A stretch of DNA of 63,985 nt, filler included, from Octopus bimaculoides (Eukaryota): NCBI RefSeq assembly GCF_001194135.2. It is 7 parts of 7 records of this genome, joined end to end, with 100 filler letters (N's around TTAATTAATTAA, not from the genome) between each part and the next. Parts side by side here need not be neighbours in the genome. Positions count along the whole stretch, not along the records: positions 1 to 25,781 come from NC_068988.1; positions 25,882 to 31,887 come from NW_026302232.1; 5 more parts are not named here. One strand, written 5' to 3'. A model generated the notes under the pieces. The model had not been told where the DNA came from and ran no database searches. It was given only the letters and a program-made list of their open reading frames with translations. This document shows positions 13,600-27,029 of this stretch, one piece after another. The translations under genes and the position numbers were made by a program. How positions within the stretch are numbered: the stretch's first letter is position 1; every line of letters begins with the position of its first letter.

Positions 13600-13980
13600 T
13601 TGGATGGAACTTATAACTATTTAATGCATCGCTACGCGCATTTCCACCAGTCACATGTCCCTTAAGATCACAATCCGTACTCCTGGGATGCTTACAGTGC
13701 AGTCTGTAATATCCTTGGACATCGGGTTGATCCTCTTCATGGATCCATTTCACTCGCTTAACCTTCATACTGGTGAAAAGGGAGAAGCATCTCTCTGTTT
13801 TGTACACTTGTTAATGCGATATCGCCTGAAGAAATGAATCCATGAAGATGATCTACTCACCGCCCAAGGATACTACAGACTACAATGTAATCATCCCAGG
13901 AATACGGACAGCGATCTTAAGAGACGTGATTAGTGGAAACGCGAATAATGATGCATTAAATGTTTATAAATTCCATCCAA
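13600..13980. repeat. Imperfect inverted repeat, arms 13600-13744 and 13838-13980, about 93-nt spacer
   Basis: Manual alignment, e.g. ttggatggaacttataactatttaatgcatc vs reverse complement ttggatggaatttataaacatttaatgcatc; roughly 75% identity. Confidence 0.85.
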
Positions 13981-15059
13981 GGATCATTATTACTATCAAT
14001 ATTATTGTTGTTGTTTTTACAACCCCTCTAATAATAATACGAATAATAAGAGTAGACCTTAGAAGAAGCTAGGAAAATAACTTAGCCTCCTTCATGTCTT
14101 CCAAATTGTTACAACTGACCTAGGTAAAAGATTCCTGTCTCATGTGAGCATTTCCTGAGACTAAGAATGTTACCGCACCACTGAATTTCAGATCAGACAT
14201 TTTCAGCAAATGCCAACATATGGACATGTTTCTGTCGACAAATTGAAAGACACCACTCTCTCCCGATTTAGCAGCTGTATCGCAGACTTTAGACCCCTAT
14301 CGATGATTATACACCATCTAGCCTTACGACGATACGGGGAAAAGGGACATAACTCTTATTGTTTTTTGTTCCTACATTTTCCAGGTTTTTTTTTTACTTT
14401 TCCAGTTTTTGAGCCTAGATAATAACATGCCTAGATAATATTTTCATGGTATGAAACCATTAGTAGCTCATAACTACTTATTCTTTACATTAAACGCTAG
14501 ATACTTATGTGCATGTGATATTTTTGCTCTTGCTCTCTCTCTTTCTGTCTATCTATCTACCTTTATATATACAGATAAATACATACATATACATGTATAC
14601 ACACACATATATATACATTATGTGTGAGAATATGTACGTGTGTGTATGTGTTTAAGTACGACAAAATATATCCTACAATTTTTTTTACTCAAATCCTAGT
14701 TGATCCAGGCTAATAACCGAAAGACAATCTTGTGTATAGTGCCACGTAGTAAGATTGAACTATATATCACTTTGTTCCAAAGCGAATCTGCTAAATACAT
14801 GATCATGCCTACTCCATTTTCTGTGTGGCGTGCGGTTGCTTACACATATTTGTGAGAGCATGTCTATGCGCATGCATGTGTGTGCAATTGTGAGTATTTG
14901 TGTGTGTGTGAGAAAGAGAGAGAGAGAAAGTGTGCGTGTGTGTGTGTGTGTTAGAGAGAGAGAGAGAGAGAAAGAGAGAGTATGTGTGTACATGGGTTTG
15001 AATATATCTAAATTGAAATTAGGAATGTGATGTGAGCACTGAACTGTAGTCGAACAGAA

Positions 15060-15290
15060 CAGTTTTGAAAATATCATGCACAAAACACCATGAAACAATG
15101 ATGAACTTCTACGAGTGAGCAAAAACTAAGAAAATTCTCTCAGATTTCATTAAACTGTGAAACATAATCAATTTTGGAAACTTAATTAGAAAGGTGGATA
15201 ACAGAGTCAGTTAGAAGAAGGTATATCTAATTTAAAAGAAAGGGAAATCCAAGTATTATGTGCAAGGATAATATCACGAATTAGATACAA
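15060..15290 (+). mobile_element. Old RTE-clade LINE C-terminal fragment
   Basis: NDELLR...QLEEGISNLKEREIQ resembles NEEVLR..LEG.I.GKR.RGRP; heavily decayed. Confidence 0.4.
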
Positions 15291-15532
15291 TTTAAATGTA
15301 GTGCATACTTGGGAAGAGATTACAATTGCAATAGAAATGACGATGCATAGGTTTCAACCGCATAATAGTTGACGATACCTGATTTTTGTGCATAAATGTG
15401 GTAGGCATTCTGTATTTATAACAACTACAAATATTACAACGAAGTCTCGAATATTATATGGAGTTTCGCACGGATACAAATGTTACATTCTGTGAATTAT
15501 TACGAGCATAGCATACTACTACTACTACTACT

Positions 15533-15762
15533 AGAAGAAGAAAAAGAAGAAGAAGAAGGAGGAGGAGGAGGAGGAAGGGGAGTAAGGGGAGAGGTAGTTA
15601 GAAGAACAAATAAGAAGGAAAATTAGGAGTAGGAAGAGGAGAAGGAGTAAGAGGATGAGGATTAAGGGGAGGAGGAGTAAGAGGAGAGAAGGAGAAGAAG
15701 AAGAAGAAGAAGAAGAAGAAGAAGAAGAAGAAGAAGAAGAAGAAGAAGAAGAAGAAGAAGAT
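15533..15762 (+). repeat. Purine-rich (GAA)n/(GGA)n tract
   Basis: Read directly from the sequence. Confidence 0.95.
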
Positions 15763-15859
15763 ATTCAAACTAATCATGCTATTCAACGGAATTTTGAATT
15801 CAAACTGATAGTGCTATCCAGGCCAAAATGTTAGACATGTTGGTAAGCAAATCAGGCTT

Positions 15860-16215
15860 ATAAAGAATTACTGCTCACGGATATGTTAATGCCAGCAGAC
15901 TGCATCACATCTTTTAAAGCATTTCAATCGTCGAGTAAATACACGAACCTTGAAATAAAGGTTTCAAAATATGGGGCATCTGAAACCAGCAACTATCCCT
16001 GTAATTAGCAGGACTTTAGACAAAATACTAAATGGCACTCTTGAACACTATAATCACATGCAAGAGATCCAAAAGTTTCGGAAGTCTCGAATATTATCTG
16101 AAGTTTCGCATGCATAAATTGTAGCATGGTGTAAATTATTACGGACATAATACTACTACTACTATCACCACCGCCGCCGCCACCACCACCGCCTCTACTA
16201 CTACTACTACTACTA
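15860..16215 (+). mobile_element. R4/Dong-like non-LTR element, REL-endonuclease and 3' end relic with (TAC)n tail
   Basis: LLTDMLMPAD...SKYTNLEIKVSK and HLKPATIPVI; the 3' segment gtctcgaatattat..gagtttcgca is also present at 15445-15530. Confidence 0.55.
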
Positions 16216-16479
16216 TTACTACTACTGCTACAACTACTATTGGTCCTGGTGCCCGTATCCTACGAAAATGATTGTCAACCTGTCAGCTTCAATATACCTG
16301 CCGCTCTTAAAATTCTTTCAAAACTGAAATGTTACAAATTTGATAGAATCTTAGTTCTCACATCGTGGTCCCCTTCCCCTACAATATGTCATGGCTAATA
16401 ATAAATAATTCACGTATTAAAACGTCTCGTTTACTGTTACTTGAGCTCAGTAAATGAGACTTGGGAAAGCTCCTATAAA

Positions 16480-16860
16480 AGAAAACATCATCAAAGTACA
16501 TACTAAATATACTAGTTGCAACTAAGAAGGAAGGCGAAGAAATAGACATTTGCAAAACTCTTAAATACGAAATAGCACGGCTATGGAAAATGAAGAAGTT
16601 GAAGACAGTGCCATTTATTGCTGGATCCTAGGGGACAGTATCAGAAGGCATCAAGAGGAATATAATGGAAATCAGAATAGAGTGCCCAATAGCACTGTTA
16701 CAAAAGGTTTGCCTTTTGTAACAGAATAATCAGGAATGTATTAGATAGTTGAATAGAACAGATAGCATGCTACCGTACGCTGCGGGCAACAAGCCCGCTG
16801 CGCATGGAACACAGGATTTATAACAAAACCTGAGATAAAAAGAATAATTAATAGTAATAT

Positions 16861-16913
<53 letters not shown>
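16480..16913 (+). mobile_element. R4/Dong-like non-LTR 3' fragment with (GAT)n tail
   Basis: KEGEEIDICKTLKYEIARLWKMKKLKTVPFIAGS*GTVS...IECPIALLQKVCLL matches the REL C-terminus. Confidence 0.7.
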
Positions 16914-16924
16914 CACTATCATGC

Positions 16925-17468
16925 AATGGCTCCCATGGCTTTTGATCTTAACTGATTGGAAGTGTTATTATGTACACTGTTTTGTCTTGGTATAAAAGAC
17001 GGGCTACAGCAAATATTCTTCCAATACCACATATTTGCTTGTCAATTGTTTGACCTTAACCAGTTGAGCACGTCCCTCAGTGGCTGAGAGAATGTGCATC
17101 CTCTGATCATGAGCAGAAGTAGTGCGGGGAGCATCATTACCATGTGTTGAGAGAAATTCTTTGAGGTTTGAATAATTTACCTCTAGAAACATGGATGTTT
17201 TGTTCAACATCCTTAAAAGAAACCTTATTCAGGGACCTTTTGAGGGAGATAGGCTACTCTACCTGAAGAAAATTTTAACTGGGCTCCACGTGCATGGTCA
17301 TGTGTTGTTTACCTTGACATGAGATCACCATCCTGCGCACATATGGTCGGGATGCATGTGCTTGGTCTACCCTTATCAGGCGGGTCGTCATGACTTGTGT
17401 ACTGGGCTTCGTTTAGCTTACCCCAGTATCCCTCTAATAGCATGTGCTATTAATAATATAACAACAAC

Positions 17469-17530
<62 letters not shown>
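16925..17530 (+). repeat. Interspersed repeat, probable retroelement 3' end, ending in (AAT)n
   Basis: GC-richer island between (GAT)n and (AAT)n tracts; no ORF homology recognised. Confidence 0.45.
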
Positions 17531-17531
<1 letters not shown>

Positions 17532-17970
17532 TTCTATTACAGGCACAGGATATGAATTTCTTGTCAGGAGAAGGCTAGTCGAATAAGAAGGATGGCACCG
17601 TCAACCGCGGCGGAATTTGAACTCAGAAACTAAAGAACTATAGATACTGCATGGTATATATTCAATTTTTAGGGATGAACTATTATGTAGGTGTTGGATT
17701 CAGTGTTATATAGACAACAATATAACAGTATACATGAGAGCATATATTAACGAACTTTACGATATATATATATGATTGTATTCGTATACATATAAATGCA
17801 TTGTAAATATGGAATACTCACACACACACACGCACACACACATACACACACACACAGATATATATGTTTGTATGTACGTATATATATATATATGTATGTA
17901 TGTATGTATGTATGCATACGTATATGTGTATGCATACATATATATATTTGTAATATATTTTTCATATCAA

Positions 17971-18005
<35 letters not shown>

Positions 18006-18217
18006 ATATATATATATATANNNNNNNNNNNNNNNNNNNNNNNNNNNNNNNNNNNNNNNNNNNNNNNNNNNNNNNNNNNNNNNNNNNNNNNNNNNNNNNN
18101 NNNNNNNNNNNNNNNNNNNNNNNNNNNNNNNNNNNNNNNNNNNNNNNNNNNNNNNNNNNNNNNNNNNNNNNNNNNNNNNNNNNNNNNNNNNNNNNNNNNN
18201 NNNNNNNNNNNNNNNNN

Positions 18218-18260
<43 letters not shown>

Positions 18261-19329
18261 TTTTCCTATCTCTCTATATATATATACACATACACACACA
18301 CACATATATATATATAAAATTTTCTATGTGCGTGTACCTATGTTCTTTTGCACGTGCATACACACATGCATACATAAGTATACTTACACATGTGTGAATG
18401 TATTTATAGGTCAGAGAAATATGATGAATTAGCTTTAAGTTTGAATCCAATAATAGCATTACATGTTTATATAGAGAAAATGTCTGAAAAGATCATAGGG
18501 TTAATTAAGAATTTCTGGAATAGTCTTCAGATATTCTGTGGCTCCATTTGCTAACAGATGGAAATTTAGTTTGAATCGAAATGACACCTGGCCTTTACTA
18601 CATGTTACAAAACACACACATGCATATACATGCCCAAGCCTAAACACACACTCGCAAGTACACATACACACACACTTACAACCCCCTCTTATACACACTT
18701 ATTTAATTACATATCGTTAATAACTCCCGTATCTTTCTACATTAGGTAGTATAATTATAACATCCCTACATTTCCCTCCTGGAAATCATTGGACATATAA
18801 TTATGTATACTCTTATATAAACAGCAGCACATATTGTAACACATTTCCAATTCTTCTATGTCATCCGATTTTAGCTTATGCAGTGTAGGAACAGATTTGA
18901 ACTCTAAATCTGAAGAAATGAGTTTCATCTTTTTCATAACTTGATGGTAATCTTCATCGGTGGCGAATCCTGCATCCATCTGTACTTTTGCAATGTTTGC
19001 TAATGCACTTTAAGCTGATTGCATCTCAATATTTTTTTAATCATTTAGTTGGTAAAGAAAGTACTGCTCACGAGCACGTGACTGGTGTATTGCTGAGATT
19101 AGGTTATCCTCAAACTAAAGACTTTCTTTGTGTGATTACACGGGAGTGGACTGCTATAAAATTACCCTAAAGTTGGAAAGTGATGTTAAATCATACGACT
19201 GAGTGTGGGTATCAAATAAGTAGGTAACTGCTGTATCTGGGATGGAACCGCAAAAGACAGAAAGCTATCGCAAATGAATGTTCTAATATTTCCGACAAAT
19301 AATCGCCCGTGACAGTGTTACAATTTCAT

Positions 19330-19665
19330 TGACCCCGAAAAAAATGGTTTCAGATTTTGGCACAAGGTCAGCAAATACGAGAAAGGGATAAGTGGATAAC
19401 ATCGACCCCAGTGTTCAACTGCTAGCAATTTTATTGTCCTGTAAAATATGAAATGCAAAATCTACCATGGCGGATTTTGAACTCTTAAAGTAAAGACGGA
19501 AGAAATGCCGCTGAGCATTTTGCATGGCTTGCTAACGATTCTGCCCGCTCAACCCATTATTGACCCTGGTATAATAAAAAGCAAAGTCGACTGTGATCCG
19601 AATTGAACTCACAGCGTAGAGAATTGGAAAAATTCCCCGAAGCATTCCAGCTGACGCTCTAATAA
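19330..19665 (-). mobile_element. Two decayed family-A SINE fragments
   Basis: atcgaccccagtgttcaactg and cggattttgaactc motifs. Confidence 0.7.
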
Positions 19666-22600
19666 ATCTCCTAATGTCCCTTTCATTAGTCATCTTCTGG
19701 TATCCAACGTATCCATCCACAGAGCTTCACACTTCAAGTAACAAAGCAGCAACTCATATCATATTCACTTTTGCTACATTCACATCGTTAGATCTAGGAG
19801 GACATTTTCTTTCCTCTTCCTCCAAATTTCATCCTTTCCAGCTGCTATTTGGGACTACTTTAAGCAGTAGGCTCCTCGGTTTTTTAAGAGGGAAATTTAT
19901 AATTTATAGAAATTTAGCTGCTCTATCCTGCAAATCAAAAGAGCAGCTTGAGGCGCCATCAACTTCACAGTTGTGCTGATGCTTTTAGAGGTGATGCTAT
20001 TTTGAAGGTGATTATGCCAATATCGGTAATATTTGTCATTTTTATGAGAAAATGTGAAAACTTATAATGACTATGAATAAAGGGCGTTATTATCACTAGA
20101 ATGGTGATGGATGTGAAAAGCATTACGTCATACTAATTTTTCTAAACGTTTCTACCTTTTAGTAAGGGAAATATTTGTATTGGGGATGGTCGTGGACTAT
20201 TCTTTGTACACTGACAAATGGAAAGTAAAATCAGCGAAGTAATTGTGAAGTGGTACATATCTTGAGAAAAATATTAAACAGGATAACAGACAAAATACTG
20301 AAATACTGTCGTGTACATAGTTATATCTGGAATAAAACTTACGTACAGCATTAGATTCGGATTGATATCCAATAAATTTGAATACTGTCTGTTTTAGGTC
20401 GCCGATAGAGAAATCGTTAAGAATGTTTTAAGCGTATTCTGTCATTCCACTGATCATTAACGTGAAACTTGCCTTTGTTTATTGTTTAAATCTTATTCGA
20501 AGATTGCTGATAGTTGTGGTACACACCAAAACCAACTCTGTTGAAACAGACTGATTTATGAATTATGATTTTAAATCATATGTAAAGGATATTGATTTCT
20601 CACATTATCACTTGTCCAAATTTTGAACCAATGAGGTAAAGTCAATTGAATCGACCTTCTCGTCGTGTACTTATTGACCTTTCGCGTTGTCCTTATCGAT
20701 TTTATGCTTTCTTTTTAACCTTACGCCTTATTCTTGTAGTGTGTCTTGTTCTTATCAACTTATAACTTAAATGCTTTGAAATGGTTATGTTTCTGCTCTG
20801 CTCACATCGTGGTCACAATTAAACAATCATATGCTGGGACTAGTTAAGTCAACAGAGGAGATTACTTCGATTAAAAGAAGAGTTATCAATAAATATAGGC
20901 AGAGTGTTCGGTAAAATGTAATTATGTATATATAGATGCATTGTTATACGCCTTAAAATATATATCCTAACGCACTGACTCTGTTTTCCACTATTCTGTG
21001 TAAGGCAAAATAATGCACTTGTGAAGCATGGTACTTTATAATCGAATATAACATTCTTCTCAAACTACATTTATGTTCCTATAACAGGAACCAATTATAT
21101 CATACGTGATTATGTGACACAACACAATTTTATCCAGAAAATACAAATGTTGACTTCTGACCTTTGACGCAATGCAGTAACGTTTTTATTGATGTGTAAA
21201 GGGTAGAGTAGTAGATTAAATTAGTCCCAGTACTCGACTAGTGTATTTTTGTTGTCTACGGGAAAATAACGCATAACAAAGACGACAAGAAATACATTAT
21301 GCAGATGAATATGACTAAATACCACAAGAAAAGTTAAATGGTTTGCTTTTTGCTCCTTACATTTATCCAACGGATTATATATCGCCACAAAATGGTTTAT
21401 TTTTTTTATTTCTTATTGAATGGAAAACAACGGATTGTTACACTTATTACTGTAACGTCTCCTGCAACATCTACTAAATTGAAGTATGAGTCCCACTGAT
21501 TGAAAAAAAAATATCATCACAGATGAGCAAGAATGGCATGTCATTATAAACAACAAAATTGTGTTCGTAAAAGTTTTAGCCAGACGATTAGCAGTTAACC
21601 TGTATGTAGATTTTTTTTTCTTATATATGTCTATGTTCTAATAAATTTTCCATTTTCATTCGACAGATCATGGAGGCTGTTATGTTACAAAGAAGAAAAT
21701 ATAATAAGTCACGTTAGTTTATGTTAGAAGTGAGGTAGTAGTTATTGGAGTATATTAACTAACCACTCTGTTTGTCTTTGTAATACGTGCGCTGATAGTA
21801 GAGAGAGCACAAATTTTTCTGCCAATAATTGAGTTGAAAGGGTCACCAAGGAAAATCTTGATATCATTGTACAGTGTTTAGATTTGAATTGTCATTGTTG
21901 TTGTTTTACCTAAGCTGGGGAAATAGTTAATTGGTGTATATCCATGTGCATTCGAACGAAATATTACATTTTTACCAATGTGCTTTATTTGCTATTCATA
22001 TACAATACGGAAGTTTAAATTTATCGGTTCCTAATAATAATTACCCAAATAGTCTTTATCATTGAAGATATTAATACAGACCCTGAATAATTCATCATTA
22101 TTTCTACGAATTATAATCTGACCTAATACCATCTATGGCAAAATTAACACTGCTTTATGAATGTAAATGTTATCAAACACATTTGTTTAAAAGGAAGTAT
22201 TAGATTTTCAACTCTTTTATTTTCAGAATGGAGCTGACAAAAAGAGACAACTACGCTGATATAAAAAAAGACTCTTTGGGTGCATTGTGGGAAAAAAATA
22301 TTGAGAGCAGTCATCAGAAGATTTTTTTTTTTTTGCCACATACATGTAATAGCTTGGGAAGAGATTATAAATATAGCACGTGATCGAGACAATTAAAAGA
22401 AAACTGTATTACAGTTACATCTATGCTACCAGGCTTGCATGGGCAGGGGAAAAATAGATTGTAATGATGGTCATTCTGATTTTAGAAAATCTCCAATTTA
22501 ATGTTTGTAACAACGAATTAATGATATTGTTGTAGACAGTTGTCAAAAAGAACATTAATGAAGACAACACAAATATGTACGCAACTATACTTCGTTGTAT

Positions 22601-23409
22601 TCCAATAACGGTCGCTGGAAGAAGCAACATTCATGGTGTATACAAGCTGAGGTGTAACTGGAACGAAATTAAAACCAAAAAGCAATCGAGTGATGGCAGA
22701 GCAAACTAGGTGTCGGAGACTGGAAAACGGCCTTAGATTTATTAATCTAAGTATACGCTATATGATTATGGCAAAGAAATTATCAGGTGTCCATGTAATA
22801 TAAAGCTTTTGTAAGTAATAAGGATGGCTTTGACATCTTATAACATTTTCGATTATTATAAAATGATATCAATGGTCAAATTAGTTTTTATTGCTTTTAT
22901 AAGATAAATGAGTTCAAACAAATGAATTTTCTAAACAATATCGGATCACTTCTAATAGCTGTGGCATACTTCAGTAATATTGGAAGGAAACGACGTTATT
23001 TGATTATCAGAAATGTTTAATGCTGTCTGGTAGCCGGTTGGAGAAGGGTAATAGTGTTGCTTCGTTGGTATCTGGACACTATTTTAGAGTATATTTCGTG
23101 CTCAAAAGTGATAATTGGTATTATTGAACGTCCGCTATTCTGAAAACACAAACTTCGATTTGTGGCCTTTTATGATTTTACATGGGTTGCATAGTACGAT
23201 ATATTTGGAAACCTGATGACGTTTGGACTCTTGTGGTCATTGCTGTGAATACATTTTAGGTGTAGAGGTTACTAAAATGATGTTTTGAATTCGGTTTCAG
23301 ACTGTAGGAAGGTGAGTCATACCACCGATAAATTTGTGAAAATGTTTCAACTATCTTAGATTTACCTGTTGAAGGATATGCAGAATGGGATCCCCTATTA
23401 TTTTAATAC

Positions 23410-23790
23410 AATTGCAAGAATAAGAAGCCAATTCTCCCTCATGTCATGACTTGTAATCATAAAGAGAGACACACTAGATAACAAAATCCGTAGAAGATAA
23501 AACTACCAAATGATCAGTGTAGAAGGCTTCTTCAAAGACAGGTTTGCTGAACTAATGCTAGACAACAGAAAATACACTAGACAGAATGGACGCAAACTGA
23601 GTCAGCCATATTCTACCGAAATACCGTTTTCGTAATTAAAATCCCCGATAGCAAATAAATCTAGGAATTCATTTACAAACGACCTCCTGATTAAAACATG
23701 TCTAAAAGAATATTAACACATCGATCAAAACTAAGCGCACTGAGAAAGACGGAAGCAGCATTCGTTTACAATAATCTAACAGAAACTATA
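23410..23790 (+). mobile_element. Highly decayed PLE GIY-YIG relic
   Basis: NCKNKK, SVEGFFKDRFA, KLSQ and KRTE fragments in the expected order. Confidence 0.4.
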
Positions 23791-23923
23791 ATCTAACAGA
23801 TTAAAAGGGTACAGAATATCGAATTAGAGATATTATGGTCTACCAAGATATTTAGGTTGAAAGAAAATTAATGGAGTTGCGGTGCAAACCATCGGGATTG
23901 ATTTTGCCGATCTATCTATCTAT

Positions 23924-23962
<39 letters not shown>

Positions 23963-25252
23963 TGTATGTATTATATGTACGTGTGTGTGTGTGCGAGTAT
24001 GTGCCTGTCAGTGTGTATCAGTGTGTGTCTCAGTGTATGAAGATATATATAGATGGATAGAAGTGTGTGTGTGTGTGTGTGTGTGCATTATATAGTTTCC
24101 AAGGAATGTAATTTAGATGAAAAACAAAGTATTTATTTGTATATTGGTATAACAATATTATTGCCAAAGCACCACTGGTTCACTGGTTTCATGTAAGCAC
24201 ACGACCACGTGGCTATGAAAAAAATTATTACAATCATCAGATCTGTCTAAACAACAAAGGCATTAGCTAATAACGCTTTTCAGAGGAGTCAAGTTTAACC
24301 TGAGGATAGAAGACCAAGTTACTGTATTTCTAAGAGTACATGTATGTATTACGGCTATAAATGTGTAAAATACAGAGCCACAACATCATTCACTGTACTT
24401 GTTCGATAAATAGTGAAGGGAACATTGATTTGTAAATTATTCCTTTAAAAATGTAGAAAATGTTGAACATCGAAAGACTACTTTGACGGATACAAACACA
24501 CACAAAGACTCACACACACTCACACAAGCGCATATAAACGCTATCTAACATAGTTATTATGATACTGTCTGGAGATTCCTTAACAGTACAGGGCATCACA
24601 ACGGTACCCGGCGAGCAGGATGTATAGTCGGTCGAGCTATTGAATATACATCTCTTAAACAGACGAAGATCCCATTTATGTATTACTTCTAATAAAGAAA
24701 TATGTGTCTGCGTATATGTAATGATACGTACATATGTATATATNNNNNNNNNNNNNNNNNNNNNNNNNNNNNNNNNNNNNNNNNNNNNNNNNNNNNNNNN
24801 NNNNNNNNNNNNNNNNNNNNNNNNNNNNNNNNNNNNNNNNNNNNNNNNNNNNNNNNNNNNNNNNNNNNNNNNNNNNNNNNNNNNNNNNNNNNNNNNNNNN
24901 NNNNNNNNNNNNNNNNNNNNNNNNNNNNNNNNNNNNNNNNNNNNNNNNNNNNNNNNNNNNNNNNNNNNNNNNNNNNNNNNNNNNNNNNNNNNNNNNNNNN
25001 NNNNNNNNNNNNNNNNNNNNNNNNNNNNNNNNNNNNNNNNNNNNNNNNNNNNNNNNNNNNNNNNNNNNNNNNNNNNNNNNNNNNNNNNNNNNNNNNNNNN
25101 NNNNNNNNNNNNNNNNNNNNNNNNNNNNNNNNNNNNNNNNNNNNNNNNNNNNNNNNNNNNNNNNNNNNNNNNNNNNNNNNNNNNNNNNNNNNNNNNNNNN
25201 NNNNNNNNNNNNNNNNNNNNNNNNNNNNNNNNNNNNNNNNNNNNNNNNNNNN

Positions 25253-25284
<32 letters not shown>

Positions 25285-25959
25285 AAATACACAATAAGGA
25301 AACCGACAAACACGTAAATAATACATATGTTTGGACGGGGAGGGTTGTCACGTGTATAGGCACTGATGTGGGAAGGTTAAACTACGCTGTGTTTATTTCA
25401 GGTGATTTTTTTTCTCAGTATCCTTGTTTGTTGAGTTTTAAAAAAGATAAAGTAAAAATAGTTATATTTTGTTTTCGTTAATCATTACTGTTTGTAGGTA
25501 CATGCATATATCTATTTATCTATGTATCTATCTATCCATCTATCTATTTATTTATCCATGTATTTGTCTGTCTGTCTGTCTATCAATCTACGTATCTATC
25601 TCTCTGTTTATCTGTCTATCTATCTATCTACATACATATAAACATATTTATATATAAGTATATATATTACATATATATCGCATATATATATATGCATATA
25701 TATTTCTGTATGCATATATATGTATACATATGAACTCATGTATGTGCATCTTTATTTATGTATATATATATATATATATATNNNNNNNNNNNNNNNNNNN
25801 NNNNNNNNNNNNNNNNNNNNNNNNNTTAATTAATTAANNNNNNNNNNNNNNNNNNNNNNNNNNNNNNNNNNNNNNNNNNNNCACACACACACACACACAC
25901 ACGTGTGTATATACATAAGTGATTTATCGACTGCCCCTAAGGAATTTTCTAATCCACTA

Positions 25960-26540
25960 TCCTAATAATAATAACAATAACAATAATAATAATGATGATG
26001 ATGATGAAATCATAATTACAGCAGAATGAACTTCCTTTGATACAATCAAAATATCATTAACGACAGTGATTTCATTTGATGATAGTGATAATATAAATGA
26101 TTAAACCATTTATTATTTCTATTATCATTATTATTATTGTAGTTGCTGTTGTTTATTATTTATATTTGTAATTATAAAAACAGGGATCTTATGATCCGCT
26201 GGGATTCATGACTACTACTACTACTACTGTTGCTGATCTTACTAATAATAAAAACAAAAAAAAATATACTCCTAATACTACCACTGCTGATTAAAATAAT
26301 GATGCTTGTTTTGACAATGATGATGCTGACAACAACGATGACAGCAATGAAGATGATGATGAAAATTATGAAGTTTGTAATATTGGAGATGAGGATGTTG
26401 ATGATGACAAGAACAACAATGGCATCAATGACAATGCTGCTGATGATGATGATCAAAAGAAATCACAGAAACAACAACAACCACAATTGTCACACCAACA
26501 ATTACAGCAACAGCCATTACAACCACAATAATAATAACAT
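25960..26540. repeat. Degenerate trinucleotide (AAT/ATG/AAC) low-complexity region
   Basis: Read directly from the sequence. Confidence 0.85.
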
Positions 26541-26813
26541 ATCTAAGCACAGACATGGCTGTGTGGTCACATCATGTTTTGGCTAAAAATGACCAACCGA
26601 CTGAATGAGTGCCAGGTTCAAGACAACCCCCCCCCCAAAAAAAAACACAGTAAAATAGCTCATCAATTTCCATTAGTCTTCTCCAAACCAAACAGGAATC
26701 ACATTCAGGCAGATTGTCTGCTGGTTCTTTAGGGTATTGTATGGTGAACCTGTATTTGTTTCACTGAAAGGAGTAGAGAAAGAGGTGAATGAAAGTTTGT
26801 TGAGATGATAGGT

Positions 26814-26857
<44 letters not shown>

Positions 26858-27029
26858 AGGACAGGCAGATTGTTGTAACACTCAACAATAACAGCAACAA
26901 CAAGAAAAGGAAACCAAATACTATGTCCCCCCCACCCATCCTTCTCTCTTTCTCACTCTATAATCTGTTCCCTTTAGTTGTTTCTTTTTTCACTTTTTTT
27001 CTCTTTGCTCTCCCCTCTCACTCAGGAAG

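Noticed and set aside
20341-20540. Minus-strand exon candidate with gtaagt donor
   Set aside because: Stops in all three frames.
13518-23225. Other CTGATGA occurrences (about 13518, 23213; also 43254 and 62253)
   Set aside because: No hairpin plus GAAA follows; the 62253 one is the RT YTDD codons.
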